Of a DNA stretch of 64,000 bases, positions 8,733 to 19,008 are shown piece after piece (within the stretch, counting starts at the first letter, position 1; each line of letters begins with the position of its first letter). The stretch lies in sequence record PZ229304.1; one strand, 5' to 3'. A model generated the notes under the pieces. The model saw only the letters and a list, made by a program, of their open reading frames with translations, did no database searches and was not told where the DNA came from. The translations under genes and the position numbers were made by a program. The DNA is from a phage.

Positions 8733-8948
8733 ATGAAAAGCATTCAGGTGTGTATTGAAAATAATTGTGGTTATCTTGGGTTGACACATGTTGCTTTCCC
8801 TCTTATGTTAGATGCTGATATCGCTTACAGCGGAGTTGCTTATGTGTCATTCAAGACAATGAGCCAAGTACCTGGCTGGAAGTGGGAAGTAGTTGATGTT
8901 GTTGAAGGAGAAGATTATGTTTTCCTTCCACACGAATATACTGTTTAA
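8733..8948 (+). CDS. hypothetical protein
   Basis: ORF track, start moved to ATG 8733 after GGAGCA. Confidence 0.4.
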   Translation: MKSIQVCIENNCGYLGLTHVAFPLMLDADIAYSGVAYVSFKTMSQVPGWKWEVVDVVEGEDYVFLPHEYTV

Positions 8949-8963
8949 AGAGAGGAAAAGAAG

Positions 8964-9146
8964 ATGGATAAACAAACTACTGTGTACTTAGTAACAAAGA
9001 ATACCCTAGACTGGAACCAATGCAGCACTGTCCCTTACAAGATCTGTGCAACATTAGAACTAGCACAACGCGCAGAAGCAGAAGTGGATGCCATGCAAAT
9101 GCAACACAGCTATGGTGAGATCATTCCTCTTACTCTTGAACAATAA
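8964..9146 (+). CDS. hypothetical protein
   Basis: ORF track; RBS GAGAGGAAAAGAAG. Confidence 0.45.
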   Translation: MDKQTTVYLVTKNTLDWNQCSTVPYKICATLELAQRAEAEVDAMQMQHSYGEIIPLTLEQ

Positions 9147-9157
9147 GGATTTGTGTA

Positions 9158-9610
9158 ATGTTTGAAATTGGTAAAGTGTATCGTTTTAAAAACCCATCTT
9201 ATATCCGTAAGTTTGCTAACATGTCTGAGTGCAATAGCAGGATTGCTTCTTTTTTAGGTGATTCCTATTTTCGTGTATTAGATGTGGATGATTGGTATGG
9301 TGTCACTGCTTTGCAATCCTTAGCAGGAGAACAAGAAATTATCGCTCAAAATGAAGGAGACTTTCTTCAGTGTTACACGTTGCTTGCAAAAAGTGAGTTT
9401 GAGTATTTTGTAGAAGTAGTAGAGGAAGCACCAAAAAGTAAACACGAAGAGAAATACCTGCTTGTAGTGGATGGAGTTCCGATCATGGAAACCATCTCCC
9501 GTGAGGAAGTTGAAAAAGAGGCGAAACGTTACAAGCTGGATCGTACACAGGGTGTAGTTGAAATCTATTCTCTTGTTGGTGTTGCAGATATTAGTGTGAA
9601 CATCGTATAA
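9158..9610 (+). CDS. hypothetical protein
   Basis: ORF track; RBS AAGGA. Confidence 0.5.
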   Translation: MFEIGKVYRFKNPSYIRKFANMSECNSRIASFLGDSYFRVLDVDDWYGVTALQSLAGEQEIIAQNEGDFLQCYTLLAKSEFEYFVEVVEEAPKSKHEEKYLLVVDGVPIMETISREEVEKEAKRYKLDRTQGVVEIYSLVGVADISVNIV

Positions 9611-9613
9611 TAT

Positions 9614-9826
9614 ATGTGTAATGACAGATACATTCTTCGTGTATCTGATAAGTCTCCTATGTTTGACTGGCGGGGCTGGTGGCTACTAGCTCCGATGCAA
9701 GGTCTGACAGACGTGGAAAAGGAGGCTTATGTGTATACAAAAGAAGAGATAGAAGATAGTCTTTATTTGACAGATAACATTAAGAATGGTATCTTTGAGT
9801 GTAAATTGAAAGGAGAGGAAGAATGA
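9614..9826 (+). CDS. hypothetical protein
   Basis: ORF track. Confidence 0.4.
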   Translation: MCNDRYILRVSDKSPMFDWRGWWLLAPMQGLTDVEKEAYVYTKEEIEDSLYLTDNIKNGIFECKLKGEEE

Positions 9827-10122
9827 CTGTTACAGAAAAACTGCGTTGTATTGCAAAGCAAAGTGGAGAAGGTTTATGGTTTCCTATTGATGAAGTTATT
9901 CAGGACTGTTATGACCAGGCTAAGACTGGCAAATACTCCAAAGCATTTAAACCATCTGTTTTCGGTTTGGATGACTATCCGACAAATGAACAAGCAAGGA
10001 AACGCCAAGTTGATTTGATTGATCTTGCTATGGAAGCACTACGAGAGCGTGGGCTTAGTAAGGTGTATGCTTTAAACACCAAAGAGGGTTTTGTAGATTC
10101 AGTGATCGTAGATTGGCATTAA
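9823..10122 (+). CDS. hypothetical protein
   Basis: ORF track; start overlaps upstream stop (ATGA). Confidence 0.5.
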   Translation: MTVTEKLRCIAKQSGEGLWFPIDEVIQDCYDQAKTGKYSKAFKPSVFGLDDYPTNEQARKRQVDLIDLAMEALRERGLSKVYALNTKEGFVDSVIVDWH

Positions 10123-10135
10123 GGAGAATAGTAAA

Positions 10136-10486
10136 GTGTGTAACATGAAAAGCAGCCCTTATTTGCTACAATTTTATGAATGGTGGTTAGAACAAGAAGA
10201 TACAAACTTTAGCAAAAAGCATTATGGTCTTTGCACGTGTCTTGTAGACTTCTTATACAATATTGCTTGGATAAAAGATGTTGAGAATGTAGCAAACCTC
10301 CAGTCTTCTGTACGAGAGGAAATGAAGGAACAATTTAAGAAAGCAGGTTTGAACCATTTACACCCATTTAATACAGATTTCTCGCACTACTTTACGGAAA
10401 CAGAGCTAGGCATTGCACACCTTAATAAAGAACGTGTACAATGGGTGATTGATCGTATTCGTGATATGGAGGAATACAATGGTTAA
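10136..10486 (+). CDS. hypothetical protein
   Basis: ORF track; RBS GGAGAA. Confidence 0.5.
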   Translation: MCNMKSSPYLLQFYEWWLEQEDTNFSKKHYGLCTCLVDFLYNIAWIKDVENVANLQSSVREEMKEQFKKAGLNHLHPFNTDFSHYFTETELGIAHLNKERVQWVIDRIRDMEEYNG

Positions 10487-10697
10487 GTTTAAAACTTTCT
10501 GTGCAATCACTGTTTGTCTTATTCTTGCATACGTGTTATTCTCTGGTATCGTTCGTTTAGGTGAATATATGGCAAGAGAAGCTCGTGAAAGTGAAGCTAA
10601 AAAAGAACAGTGTATTGTGTTCAAGCATCAAAGAGATGCTGAAAAGTTTCTCGCACTTGATTGCAATCGTTATGTATCTTATCAAATGTATGAGTAA
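10479..10697 (+). CDS. hypothetical membrane-anchored protein
   Basis: Start moved to ATG 10479 after GGAGGAA; N-terminal hydrophobic helix. Confidence 0.4.
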   Translation: MVKFKTFCAITVCLILAYVLFSGIVRLGEYMAREARESEAKKEQCIVFKHQRDAEKFLALDCNRYVSYQMYE

Positions 10698-10706
10698 GGA
10701 GGATTT

Positions 10707-10931
10707 ATGGTAAAACGTCTGGAATGGGATGCGTGTACTGCTCACGCTTGTCACTGTGATATTGTGGAAGATCCTAATGGAGAAATGGTGTATTATGAGG
10801 ATTACGAAGCATTGCATAATGCTGTGATCGCTTTACTGGATGATATTAGCTCACGCTATCCAGGACAACAGTTTACGTGTCCACATATCCAACTATTAGC
10901 CGAACTTACGGAGTATCCAAGTGTTCCATAA
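10707..10931 (+). CDS. hypothetical protein
   Basis: ORF track; RBS AAGGAGGA. Confidence 0.5.
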   Translation: MVKRLEWDACTAHACHCDIVEDPNGEMVYYEDYEALHNAVIALLDDISSRYPGQQFTCPHIQLLAELTEYPSVP

Positions 10932-11109
10932 TATGGGTATCCCTGAACAACTGCTCTTTATTGTAGGATTAGTAGGCTTACTGGCGGCTGGCGCTAAAGC
11001 CGCTTCTCACACGCATCACATAATGTTAAGATTTCTATTCCTACTCCCTTCTATCCTCGTACTATTAGTCATACTGATCGATAACATTTTGCACAATTAA
11101 GGAGAGGTT

Positions 11110-11694
11110 ATGAGTAAAATTATACCAAGCAGTTATGAATTATTGCAGTTTTATGTGTATTATATAGACTGGGTTAATAGATCGAATGTTAAAGACAATG
11201 CGATGTTTAGTAAAAACATCTGTTTAACAGAAAGTATCTTCCGTTACTGGCACACAGGTAGAAAGTGTACACACAGTGAAGCTATGCGCATTGTAGGAGA
11301 ATATCTGGAGCAATTGCAAAAAGCAGAGCTACCTGTCCTTCACCCATTCAATGAATCTAAAGAAGAATTAGAACAAGAGTGTAGAGAAGGTAAGTGCCAT
11401 TTGAATGAAAAACGTATCGAATGGGTGAGGCAACGTTTAGCCGATGCAGGGAATCCTCCTAGTGACTCTGACTATACGTGGTATGATGTAGAGGGTTTAG
11501 TTCAAGGTTTTGAGGCTTGTGCTATAGATAATACCAACTTTGCCAAAGTTTTATGCGAGGCTTATGACTTGGCAGATAAAATCCGAAATCATGGATGGAA
11601 ACAAGAGCATAAAGAATCATATGAACGCCTTGACAAGATTTTCAAACAGATCTATTCTAACCACAAGAAGATGTTCCAAATGGAGGATGTGTAA
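11110..11694 (+). CDS. hypothetical protein
   Basis: ORF track; RBS AAGGAGAGG. Confidence 0.55.
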   Translation: MSKIIPSSYELLQFYVYYIDWVNRSNVKDNAMFSKNICLTESIFRYWHTGRKCTHSEAMRIVGEYLEQLQKAELPVLHPFNESKEELEQECREGKCHLNEKRIEWVRQRLADAGNPPSDSDYTWYDVEGLVQGFEACAIDNTNFAKVLCEAYDLADKIRNHGWKQEHKESYERLDKIFKQIYSNHKKMFQMEDV

Positions 11695-12377
11695 TGAAAG
11701 AGATTATGTTTGAAGGGCATCGTTACGAAGTTCCAGACAATGCAAATTTCATGGCTCGTGATATCACTGGAGATGTGTTCTGGTTTGAAGATGAACCTGT
11801 GTTTTCGAACAAACACTGGTTTTCACAACAATCTTCTTCGGAAAACATGACTTTTGGCTACGTAGAGCCTAAAGTGCGCTGCAAAGCAGCTTCTTCTTTG
11901 GTAAAAATTTCCCAAGATGATCAAGAAAATACTCCATATGTTGTTAGTGCACTACTGAAGTACATTGCAGAACTTGAGAAGAAAATTAAAGAAGCAGAAA
12001 CTAAGGTGAAAGCACGATCAGCCATCATTGAAGCTATGTCTGAACGTATCTTAGAGCTAGAAGATTTGTGTGGAGAGGCTTATCAAGTGGTCGGTGCGCT
12101 GGCTTGCGAAGCACAAATGTTTGAAACTTCAGAACAAGTTTCACATATGTTAGATAATTTAAGTGAATGTAAAATGATTCATGATGATGTATTGCCATTT
12201 TGTTGCAATGTTAACAAAGCAGAGCAAACAGAAGATTCAGAAACAGTTTATGTTCCGCTGATGTGTGTTCCAGATCATCTAAAAGGTGTATTCTCTTGTA
12301 AATGGTCACTGTTGAGCGTTACTAATTGTGGCGAAAACTATTCTGCCAACATTGAATTGCTAAAACACGTTAAATAA
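11694..12377 (+). CDS. hypothetical protein (central coiled-coil segment)
   Basis: ORF track; start overlaps upstream stop. Confidence 0.55.
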   Translation: MKEIMFEGHRYEVPDNANFMARDITGDVFWFEDEPVFSNKHWFSQQSSSENMTFGYVEPKVRCKAASSLVKISQDDQENTPYVVSALLKYIAELEKKIKEAETKVKARSAIIEAMSERILELEDLCGEAYQVVGALACEAQMFETSEQVSHMLDNLSECKMIHDDVLPFCCNVNKAEQTEDSETVYVPLMCVPDHLKGVFSCKWSLLSVTNCGENYSANIELLKHVK

Positions 12378-12387
12378 GGAGAGTAAT

Positions 12388-12792
12388 ATGTGGTCTGTTA
12401 AAATCAAATATAATGCGCAGTATTATGGTGGAAAGCCTTACGAAGTTGTTATTTGTGACTGTATCTCTAAAGAAGTTGCACAGCTTTGTGGCGCTGGGGT
12501 TAGTGAAGCTATGAACAAAATGCATAACTCGACTGTGCGTTACCTGGATCAAGATATTCCAGAAGATGTAAATGATTATGCTTACGAAGTTATTTTCAGT
12601 GAAGGTAAGAAGCTCTCTATTGAAGATGCACTTAAAGCACTACCTGCTATGTGCAGCCCAACACCAGAAGCAGTTAAAGAGATTTTACCAGAATCCAACC
12701 CCGATGAATATGCCTCTATGGTTGCTTCAGACATGTGGAATCTCTGTCGAGAAACTATGATTAAAAATCTTGTGGAAATGGCGCATGAGTAA
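12388..12792 (+). CDS. hypothetical protein
   Basis: ORF track; RBS AAGGAGAG. Confidence 0.5.
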   Translation: MWSVKIKYNAQYYGGKPYEVVICDCISKEVAQLCGAGVSEAMNKMHNSTVRYLDQDIPEDVNDYAYEVIFSEGKKLSIEDALKALPAMCSPTPEAVKEILPESNPDEYASMVASDMWNLCRETMIKNLVEMAHE

Positions 12793-13003
12793 AACACACT
12801 TTATACATCCGTTTGATCCAAAGAACAAGGCGGTTATACACCGCCGTTGGACTGAAACGCGCATTACAAAATGTCCTGTGCCAGCGGCACAGGAATATAA
12901 CAAAACATATAAAGCAGAATTTGTGGAGTATACCTTTGTAAATAACAAAGGGAAGGAGGTTTATGTTCCAGAATACTGCCTTTGGATAAAATGGGAGGAA
13001 TAA
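12785..13003 (+). CDS. hypothetical protein
   Basis: Start moved to ATG 12785 overlapping upstream stop. Confidence 0.4.
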   Translation: MSKTHFIHPFDPKNKAVIHRRWTETRITKCPVPAAQEYNKTYKAEFVEYTFVNNKGKEVYVPEYCLWIKWEE

Positions 13004-13170
13004 TGCAAACATTTTTTATCGACAAATTCAATAAAAGTATGAACACGTGGATGGCAACATTCACTATGCAATTTGCGTCATTTAAAGAAGCTCAAGAATG
13101 GTGCGATCAACACAAGGATTTTGATTTTTACTATCAAATTAATGCAAACCTTTCTCCAGAGGAGAAATAA
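13003..13170 (+). CDS. hypothetical protein
   Basis: Start moved to ATG 13003 after GGGAGGAA. Confidence 0.4.
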   Translation: MQTFFIDKFNKSMNTWMATFTMQFASFKEAQEWCDQHKDFDFYYQINANLSPEEK

Positions 13171-13171
13171 T

Positions 13172-13516
13172 ATGTTAGCTGATATTGAAATCCTTATGTA
13201 CCGACAAGGTATGATCAAAATGTGGCTAGATTCTTTTAGCAATATATACTGTACAGTACGATCAGCAGACGAGCGTAAAACGCTTATCTTATCTGCTATT
13301 GTTGATAAACAACGTTTCTTCAAAGAAGTTTTGCAAACAGGTTTCTCCGATGCAGGAGTAGAAATTGCAACTCTTAGTCTTGGGGTGCTGTCTTACTTGG
13401 AATCCGTTGTTTTATATGTCTTCTCTTTAGAAGAACACTTGCAATTTGAAGCATTAAAACTTATCTTAGATGCTGCAATTGACATAGAACAAAATCGAAT
13501 TGACTCTTTTGAATAA
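13172..13516 (+). CDS. hypothetical protein
   Basis: Start moved to ATG 13172 after GGAGAAATAA. Confidence 0.45.
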   Translation: MLADIEILMYRQGMIKMWLDSFSNIYCTVRSADERKTLILSAIVDKQRFFKEVLQTGFSDAGVEIATLSLGVLSYLESVVLYVFSLEEHLQFEALKLILDAAIDIEQNRIDSFE

Positions 13517-13532
13517 AAATAAGGAGAAAACT

Positions 13533-13991
13533 ATGCAAGAGGTTAAACATCATCCACATGGTCGTAGTTTTGTAGCTGTATGGCATGTTCCTGCTCGTAA
13601 TGAACTGTTTTGTGCATCTTTTCATTACAAAGATGGACAATATTTCACCTATGACGAGACGATGGATGATTTTATCCCAGAGTGCGATCATGGGTATACA
13701 CCAATGTTCTTTAAACGTATGAAAGCTCGTTTCTTCGTTACAGATGTTGATGGTGAACCTACTTGGCACATCGAAGAAGATTGGCAAGATTCTGTGGATA
13801 TTAAAGAAGCCCCAGAATGGGCTACATTACTGGTACACGTCAAAACCCCTACCCTTGACGTTATGGCGTGGGTTAATCATGATGATACCCATTACCAATA
13901 CATAAATGGTAGCACAGAGATTTCTGGTGAGATTATTGGTCGTTGGAAGCCTACGAATCAGGTTGCCATTGTCGGGTATAAGGCAGTATAA
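13533..13991 (+). CDS. hypothetical protein
   Basis: Start moved to ATG 13533 after AAGGAGAAAA. Confidence 0.5.
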   Translation: MQEVKHHPHGRSFVAVWHVPARNELFCASFHYKDGQYFTYDETMDDFIPECDHGYTPMFFKRMKARFFVTDVDGEPTWHIEEDWQDSVDIKEAPEWATLLVHVKTPTLDVMAWVNHDDTHYQYINGSTEISGEIIGRWKPTNQVAIVGYKAV

Positions 13992-13992
13992 T

Positions 13993-14187
13993 ATGAAAAA
14001 TAGTGTAGATTGGGATGATTTATCCGATTTTGAAAAATGGTTCTTAGTTAGTGGTTGTTATGCAGATGGGGATCTCGAAAGAGATCCTTCTGGAAACTAC
14101 ACTATGCCACTAACTCAAGGTTTTTATGAGTGCTGGTGCGCAGCACAAAACAACGTACTAAATAAGGAGACAACACAATGCAATTAA
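13993..14187 (+). CDS. hypothetical protein
   Basis: Start moved to ATG 13993. Confidence 0.4.
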   Translation: MKNSVDWDDLSDFEKWFLVSGCYADGDLERDPSGNYTMPLTQGFYECWCAAQNNVLNKETTQCN

Positions 14188-14417
14188 ACATCGGACAACC
14201 AATTTTTGATGCAGATACTGGTCAATATGCAGTGATTGTTGCTCGTATGAGCGGTGATGACCTTATTGTTTCAGAACTACTCGGATCAGATCCGCAACTC
14301 CGCGTAGTATGTGACCTATATCTTCGAGACGAAAGTGATCGCATTGCACTGAAAGAAGATGGTATGCTCTACTACACCTGGACTAGAGATCCTGGGGTAA
14401 CGGAGGTAGAGGTCTAA
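14178..14417 (+). CDS. hypothetical protein
   Basis: ORF track; RBS AAGGAGA. Confidence 0.45.
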   Translation: MQLNIGQPIFDADTGQYAVIVARMSGDDLIVSELLGSDPQLRVVCDLYLRDESDRIALKEDGMLYYTWTRDPGVTEVEV

Positions 14418-14711
14418 TGGTAAGGAATAGGGTTTACATAAAAGAAGACACCTTACTTACTGGCATCGTAAAGTACATGAACCTGTATCAAAGAAAGAAT
14501 GGCAATATCTGCCTTATGGGAAGGAGCGAAGAAAGTATCTGTTAGCTCACTTAAGGGTACATGGTTCTCTTCCTGTTAACAGTAAGTGGCAATTGCAAAC
14601 AGCTTATGACGAAGATATGAAATATTTGTTAAAGAGAGGCATTATTTGCCTTGTTAAGATAGGGCGATGGAAATCTCGTCAATCCTATATCGTACTTAAA
14701 CAGGAGAAACC

Positions 14712-14963
14712 ATGAATATCAAAGATGTTGTAGCATACGTAGCAGATGAAGTTAAAAACCATACAAGTTTACTGAAAGTAATGGTTGTGGTTAAAAATGG
14801 CATTGGACAAGTAAACGTACAACATGTCTTATCTGATACTGTATATAATGTGTTTGAATGTAAAGACACACCTCATGGAGTACGTGTGGTGTATATTGAT
14901 AACAATTTCAAAGAGTGTGTGAGACATACCTTAAAAAATGAGCTAAGGATCACAACCTTATGA
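14712..14963 (+). CDS. hypothetical protein
   Basis: ORF track; RBS CAGGAGAAA. Confidence 0.45.
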   Translation: MNIKDVVAYVADEVKNHTSLLKVMVVVKNGIGQVNVQHVLSDTVYNVFECKDTPHGVRVVYIDNNFKECVRHTLKNELRITTL

Positions 14964-15133
14964 GTTATTATGTTGTACCCTATGCTAATAAGTGGAGAGT
15001 AAGAGAAACTTGTTTTCTATTCTCCTGGTGGGCTACGTTCGGAGATGGTTGTGGAAATGATACAGGGAAGCCTGTAGAGTATGACACAAAAGAAGAATGT
15101 GAACAGTGGATAAAATTAACACAAAGATGTTGA
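14960..15133 (+). CDS. hypothetical Cys-rich small protein (57 aa)
   Basis: ATG overlapping upstream TGA; open to TGA 15131-15133. Confidence 0.3.
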   Translation: MSYYVVPYANKWRVRETCFLFSWWATFGDGCGNDTGKPVEYDTKEECEQWIKLTQRC

Positions 15134-15186
15134 CACGATCTTAACTTCTTGTTAGTATCAATGTGTACTAACGATAAGGAGGGTTT

Positions 15187-15411
15187 ATGAAGTCTGTAAA
15201 CAAGTTGCAACAATTTTTGTTATCAACAGCAATCTTTTTGCTTTTGTTAATTGGTATTCTGTATGGTGCATCTAACTTATACAATCTACACAACAATGTA
15301 GAACATAATATAGAGAAGTGCACCATTCTAAAACACAATAAACAAGCAGAAGATTTCTTAAAGAATAAGTGTTACAATTACATTGATTATGAGGAGACAA
15401 ACAATGATTAA
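15187..15411 (+). CDS. hypothetical membrane protein
   Basis: ORF track; RBS AAGGAGGG; hydrophobic N-terminus. Confidence 0.45.
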   Translation: MKSVNKLQQFLLSTAIFLLLLIGILYGASNLYNLHNNVEHNIEKCTILKHNKQAEDFLKNKCYNYIDYEETNND

Positions 15412-15646
15412 AGAATTAGGGATGCGAGTATACAGTGAGTGGACTCCAAGCAATGGCCCAGGAGTTGTTGCAGCTAAGTGTATCAATGGTCGTATTGAGT
15501 ACCTGGAAGGTTATGAAGATAATGAAGAGTTAGTAGATTATGCTAAATCTTTTATTGAAGATGATACAGACTTTATTGTATTATATGATACAGGAGAGTT
15601 AGAGTATGGATATGATGGAGATGGGGATATCTTTGAACTTCAATAA
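15404..15646 (+). CDS. hypothetical acidic protein
   Basis: Start moved to ATG 15404 overlapping upstream gene. Confidence 0.4.
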   Translation: MIKELGMRVYSEWTPSNGPGVVAAKCINGRIEYLEGYEDNEELVDYAKSFIEDDTDFIVLYDTGELEYGYDGDGDIFELQ

Positions 15647-15853
15647 GAGTAGTAAGTAAGATATAAAGAGTATATAGTTAGTTATAGAGTTAGTAACATT
15701 ACATATACTCTTTCCATGTATAACATGGAATATTCTCTACCTCGCTATCGCTCGGTATATAAGATTAGGGTAGCATGTTTTTTACGAAAAGTAAAACTGT
15801 TTGTACCGATTGATAGCAGGTTTTTAATAGATTTTATCTATGAGGAGTAGAAA

Positions 15854-16072
15854 GTGTACAAATTATATAAAGCAAAAGATAAGTTTACGGGTAATACATC
15901 TGGTTTCTATGTAACACCTCGTGGTGTTGCTGTGTTCGATTGGATCTCTGGTACTCCAGATCGTGAAATGATCTCTCTTGTAAAACTGTCGGAACAAGAG
16001 TACACTTACGGTGACATTACAACATTCTATTCTCGTGCAGAAAATCCAAAACTGATTGCGGAGTGGGAATAA
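15854..16072 (+). CDS. hypothetical protein (GTG start)
   Basis: ORF track; RBS GAGGAG upstream. Confidence 0.4.
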   Translation: MYKLYKAKDKFTGNTSGFYVTPRGVAVFDWISGTPDREMISLVKLSEQEYTYGDITTFYSRAENPKLIAEWE

Positions 16073-16335
16073 TGGTTACACGATATGGCTTAGAGGTGTA
16101 CAGCCAAGGTGCTGCTGGTCAATGTGATATTGTACCAGATCCAGAAGGGGATTATGTTCTTCTTGCTGATTACAATAAGCTAGAAGAAAGACTTCTGGCT
16201 GTGTATGCTAAAGAGAACAAAACAATCTGCCCTTATTGCAGTGGAATGGGTTGGGTAGTTGCAGATGTTGGACAAATGTATGAATGTGTGCCTTGTAAAA
16301 CCACAGGATTTATTGAAAAGGATACTAACAAATGA
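16072..16335 (+). CDS. hypothetical protein with CxxC pairs (possible zinc-binding)
   Basis: Start moved to ATG 16072; CPYCSG and CVPCK motifs. Confidence 0.4.
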   Translation: MVTRYGLEVYSQGAAGQCDIVPDPEGDYVLLADYNKLEERLLAVYAKENKTICPYCSGMGWVVADVGQMYECVPCKTTGFIEKDTNK

Positions 16336-16580
16336 CTGTAGCAGATAAAATGAGAGAACTGGCAGAAAACGCAGAACTTAACAAAGCAAAGGATAGTCTA
16401 CAAAATATCTACTCGTATATTGAGAGAGCAGCTAAAGATGGAGATAGAGAAGTTGCTATATACACGCTTTATCCAACTTTTGTAAAAGTTCACTTGGATG
16501 CTGAAGGTTTTTCAACTTTTATTGATACAGAAACATCTCATTACGACGAAAACTTTACTCGAATAGTTATTCGATGGTAA
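16332..16580 (+). CDS. hypothetical protein
   Basis: ORF track; overlapping start. Confidence 0.45.
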   Translation: MTVADKMRELAENAELNKAKDSLQNIYSYIERAAKDGDREVAIYTLYPTFVKVHLDAEGFSTFIDTETSHYDENFTRIVIRW

Positions 16581-16685
16581 ATTTCTGACATTTATGCGCC
16601 CTGGCTACCTGGGCGTAATAAATTCAGCTTATATTTGATCCGCGCCTTCGGCGCTTAGGCAAAGCCACGCCACACAGGAGGGTTT

Positions 16686-17096
16686 ATGTTCAAATGGTTA
16701 AAAGGGTTTCTAACATCTTTGGCAGAACCTAAGCAAGATGTTATTAAAAGCTCTATCACAGGAAAACCGCTTGTTATAGTTACAGGCGGCTTTGGTCATG
16801 GGTTTTCTCTTAAACAAACAGATATAGGTTTACAGGGATGTTTGATTAGTTTTAGAATCACTCAATTAGGAGATAATAGACAAACAATCTTAGACCTTTT
16901 CAATGGGGAATTTGATGACTATTTATCCAAGAGTGGTAAAGAACGTCTGATCGAGCATATAAAACACCGCTATGAGCATGGTGGTTACTACTTAGATACA
17001 AAACGTAATACACAAGGTGATCTTGACATAGTTCGTATAGCGTGGGATAATGAATTTAAAACTAAACTTGGTAAACTTCTGGAGGAGTTATGGTAA
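16686..17096 (+). CDS. hypothetical protein
   Basis: ORF track; RBS CAGGAGGG. Confidence 0.5.
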   Translation: MFKWLKGFLTSLAEPKQDVIKSSITGKPLVIVTGGFGHGFSLKQTDIGLQGCLISFRITQLGDNRQTILDLFNGEFDDYLSKSGKERLIEHIKHRYEHGGYYLDTKRNTQGDLDIVRIAWDNEFKTKLGKLLEELW

Positions 17097-17272
17097 ATAT
17101 TAAAACAGGTGATATTGTACGTCTTGCTAGTGAAGAAATGTTAATGACTGTAATGGTATCTACCTATGATACTTGCGAAGTGGTGTGGTTTGATGTTAAT
17201 GAACAACTACAGAAAGCTACATTTGATAAACGTATGCTTCGTAAAGTTGAAGAAGTGAAGGAGGAAGAATAA
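17090..17272 (+). CDS. hypothetical protein
   Basis: ORF track. Confidence 0.4.
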   Translation: MVNIKTGDIVRLASEEMLMTVMVSTYDTCEVVWFDVNEQLQKATFDKRMLRKVEEVKEEE

Positions 17273-17273
17273 T

Positions 17274-17486
17274 ATGACAATGTTGCTTCGTATGTTTGTG
17301 TTTCTTATGTTCTGGATTATCGTTGGTAACGGTATTGTGTTTTTGATTTTTCCTGAAGTAATGACAGGTAATGAAAATAAGGCAGTGCCTTACATTATGC
17401 TTATCGGTTACGGTATTGGTACACTTGGATTACTGTTTGCTGACTGGTTAGTCAATACTTTGTTCTCTAAGTACAGGAACAACTAA
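17274..17486 (+). CDS. hypothetical membrane protein (two predicted TM helices)
   Basis: ORF track; hydrophobic segments. Confidence 0.45.
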   Translation: MTMLLRMFVFLMFWIIVGNGIVFLIFPEVMTGNENKAVPYIMLIGYGIGTLGLLFADWLVNTLFSKYRNN

Positions 17487-17487
17487 T

Positions 17488-17760
17488 ATGTCGGAAAAAT
17501 TACCTAATGTTTTCTTTTGTTTTGTAGATTGTGTTACACAAGAAATTATAGTTGACGAAGAAGGTATGTTTACTTATTTTGCATCTGAAGAAGAGGCAAA
17601 ACTATCAGCTATGAAATGTATAAGCCAATTGTCAGTACCTGCTGTCAACAGGTTCGGTATTGCACAGGTGTATAAAACAGTAACAGAGTTTACACCAGAT
17701 CGAAAACTAACTTTTCTTAACGTTCACTTTGTTTGTAAGTTTAGTGAACTACGACATTAA
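17488..17760 (+). CDS. hypothetical protein
   Basis: ORF track. Confidence 0.4.
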   Translation: MSEKLPNVFFCFVDCVTQEIIVDEEGMFTYFASEEEAKLSAMKCISQLSVPAVNRFGIAQVYKTVTEFTPDRKLTFLNVHFVCKFSELRH

Positions 17761-17773
17761 ATCAGGAGTAAAA

Positions 17774-18373
17774 ATGAAAGAATATTGGAGTGGTGAGAAG
17801 GGCTTGCTAAAGCCAGGAATGCTTTTGCGAGTAAAGAACATGTTGATCACACAAGATTACATAATGCCTAATCCTGGAGCATTAGTAGAATTCCTTACTG
17901 CGCGAGATCAACCTGGGGTTGGTGAAATGTGGATTGTAACGTGGATATCTCTCGATAGTAAATTACGCGTTGCTCCTATTGACCCAAAACACTTGGAATC
18001 TCCTTACGCCAGCATTGATTCTCGGATCATAGATTTGGCTAGAGTTTATAAGGCTAGGACTGGTGTAGAATTAGATGTAGAAATTTTAAATCAATGTATT
18101 GACTTCTTACCTGAAAAAGTGCATAATGCACAACAAGAAGATAGCGGTTTAGAAGTTATTCTTCTGAATGATGGGATGTTCTCTGGTCTGGCATCTGTAG
18201 ATTTTCCAATAACATTAAGATTGTTACCTGGGGAATACGTACTGGATGACACTACTATTGCTATATCCTCTAAAATTTTAGAACTCATTCCAGGTGCAAG
18301 GTGTGTTGGTGATACATCTTCCTTGCTGTTTACTCTGAATGAAGAAGCCATTATAGTTAAAAAGGAGAAGTAA
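17774..18373 (+). CDS. hypothetical protein
   Basis: Start moved to ATG 17774 after CAGGAGTAAAA. Confidence 0.5.
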   Translation: MKEYWSGEKGLLKPGMLLRVKNMLITQDYIMPNPGALVEFLTARDQPGVGEMWIVTWISLDSKLRVAPIDPKHLESPYASIDSRIIDLARVYKARTGVELDVEILNQCIDFLPEKVHNAQQEDSGLEVILLNDGMFSGLASVDFPITLRLLPGEYVLDDTTIAISSKILELIPGARCVGDTSSLLFTLNEEAIIVKKEK

Positions 18374-18529
18374 ATGATGACGTTTATTGTTGGTGTTGTT
18401 GTTGGTTATTTTGGTCACAAGTACCAGGATGTTATCATCGCTAAAGTTGACGAAGTAATCGAAAAATTTAAACACTAATTTTTAAAAAGGCTGTACTGCT
18501 GTGCAGCCTATCTTTCAAAGGAGAGTAAA

Positions 18530-18703
18530 ATGTTCAAAGATACCAATTATAAATGTGTACATTGTGGTAAATCTTTTGGTGATCACAAAGCTAAAACATT
18601 CAATTGTCCACGAAAAGGGCGAGGTAGCTTTAAAGGTTTTAATCCATCCCACGTTTATTCTCCCAACTACGAGAAACCAGAAGAAGAAAAATTTGTAATC
18701 TGA
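18530..18703 (+). CDS. hypothetical small zinc-ribbon protein (57 aa; CxxC...C)
   Basis: ATG after AAGGAGAG RBS; CVHCGK motif. Confidence 0.4.
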   Translation: MFKDTNYKCVHCGKSFGDHKAKTFNCPRKGRGSFKGFNPSHVYSPNYEKPEEEKFVI

Positions 18704-18712
18704 GGAGGCAAT

Positions 18713-19000
18713 ATGGAACTAGTGCAAGAAGTTTATGAAAAACTGAAAGAAGAGAATCTTGATTGGCCTGAACATGCTCTTATTGTCGTCAAAGATACTA
18801 ATGGTGAAATAAAATTCTCAAGTGTAAGTGAAGATGATGTTGTTTTAAGTCCTACAGGATATTATATGAGAGGTGTTACGTGTCTATTCAACACCAAAGT
18901 GTATCCTGAAATTAAACTTAGTTACGGTGAACCTGATCATCCAGAAATCGTTACACGTAATGAATATGAAAATTATTATTTTGCTCGTGAAAGCAAATAA
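18713..19000 (+). CDS. hypothetical protein
   Basis: ORF track; RBS GAGGAGG. Confidence 0.5.
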   Translation: MELVQEVYEKLKEENLDWPEHALIVVKDTNGEIKFSSVSEDDVVLSPTGYYMRGVTCLFNTKVYPEIKLSYGEPDHPEIVTRNEYENYYFARESK

Positions 19001-19008
19001 GGAAAACT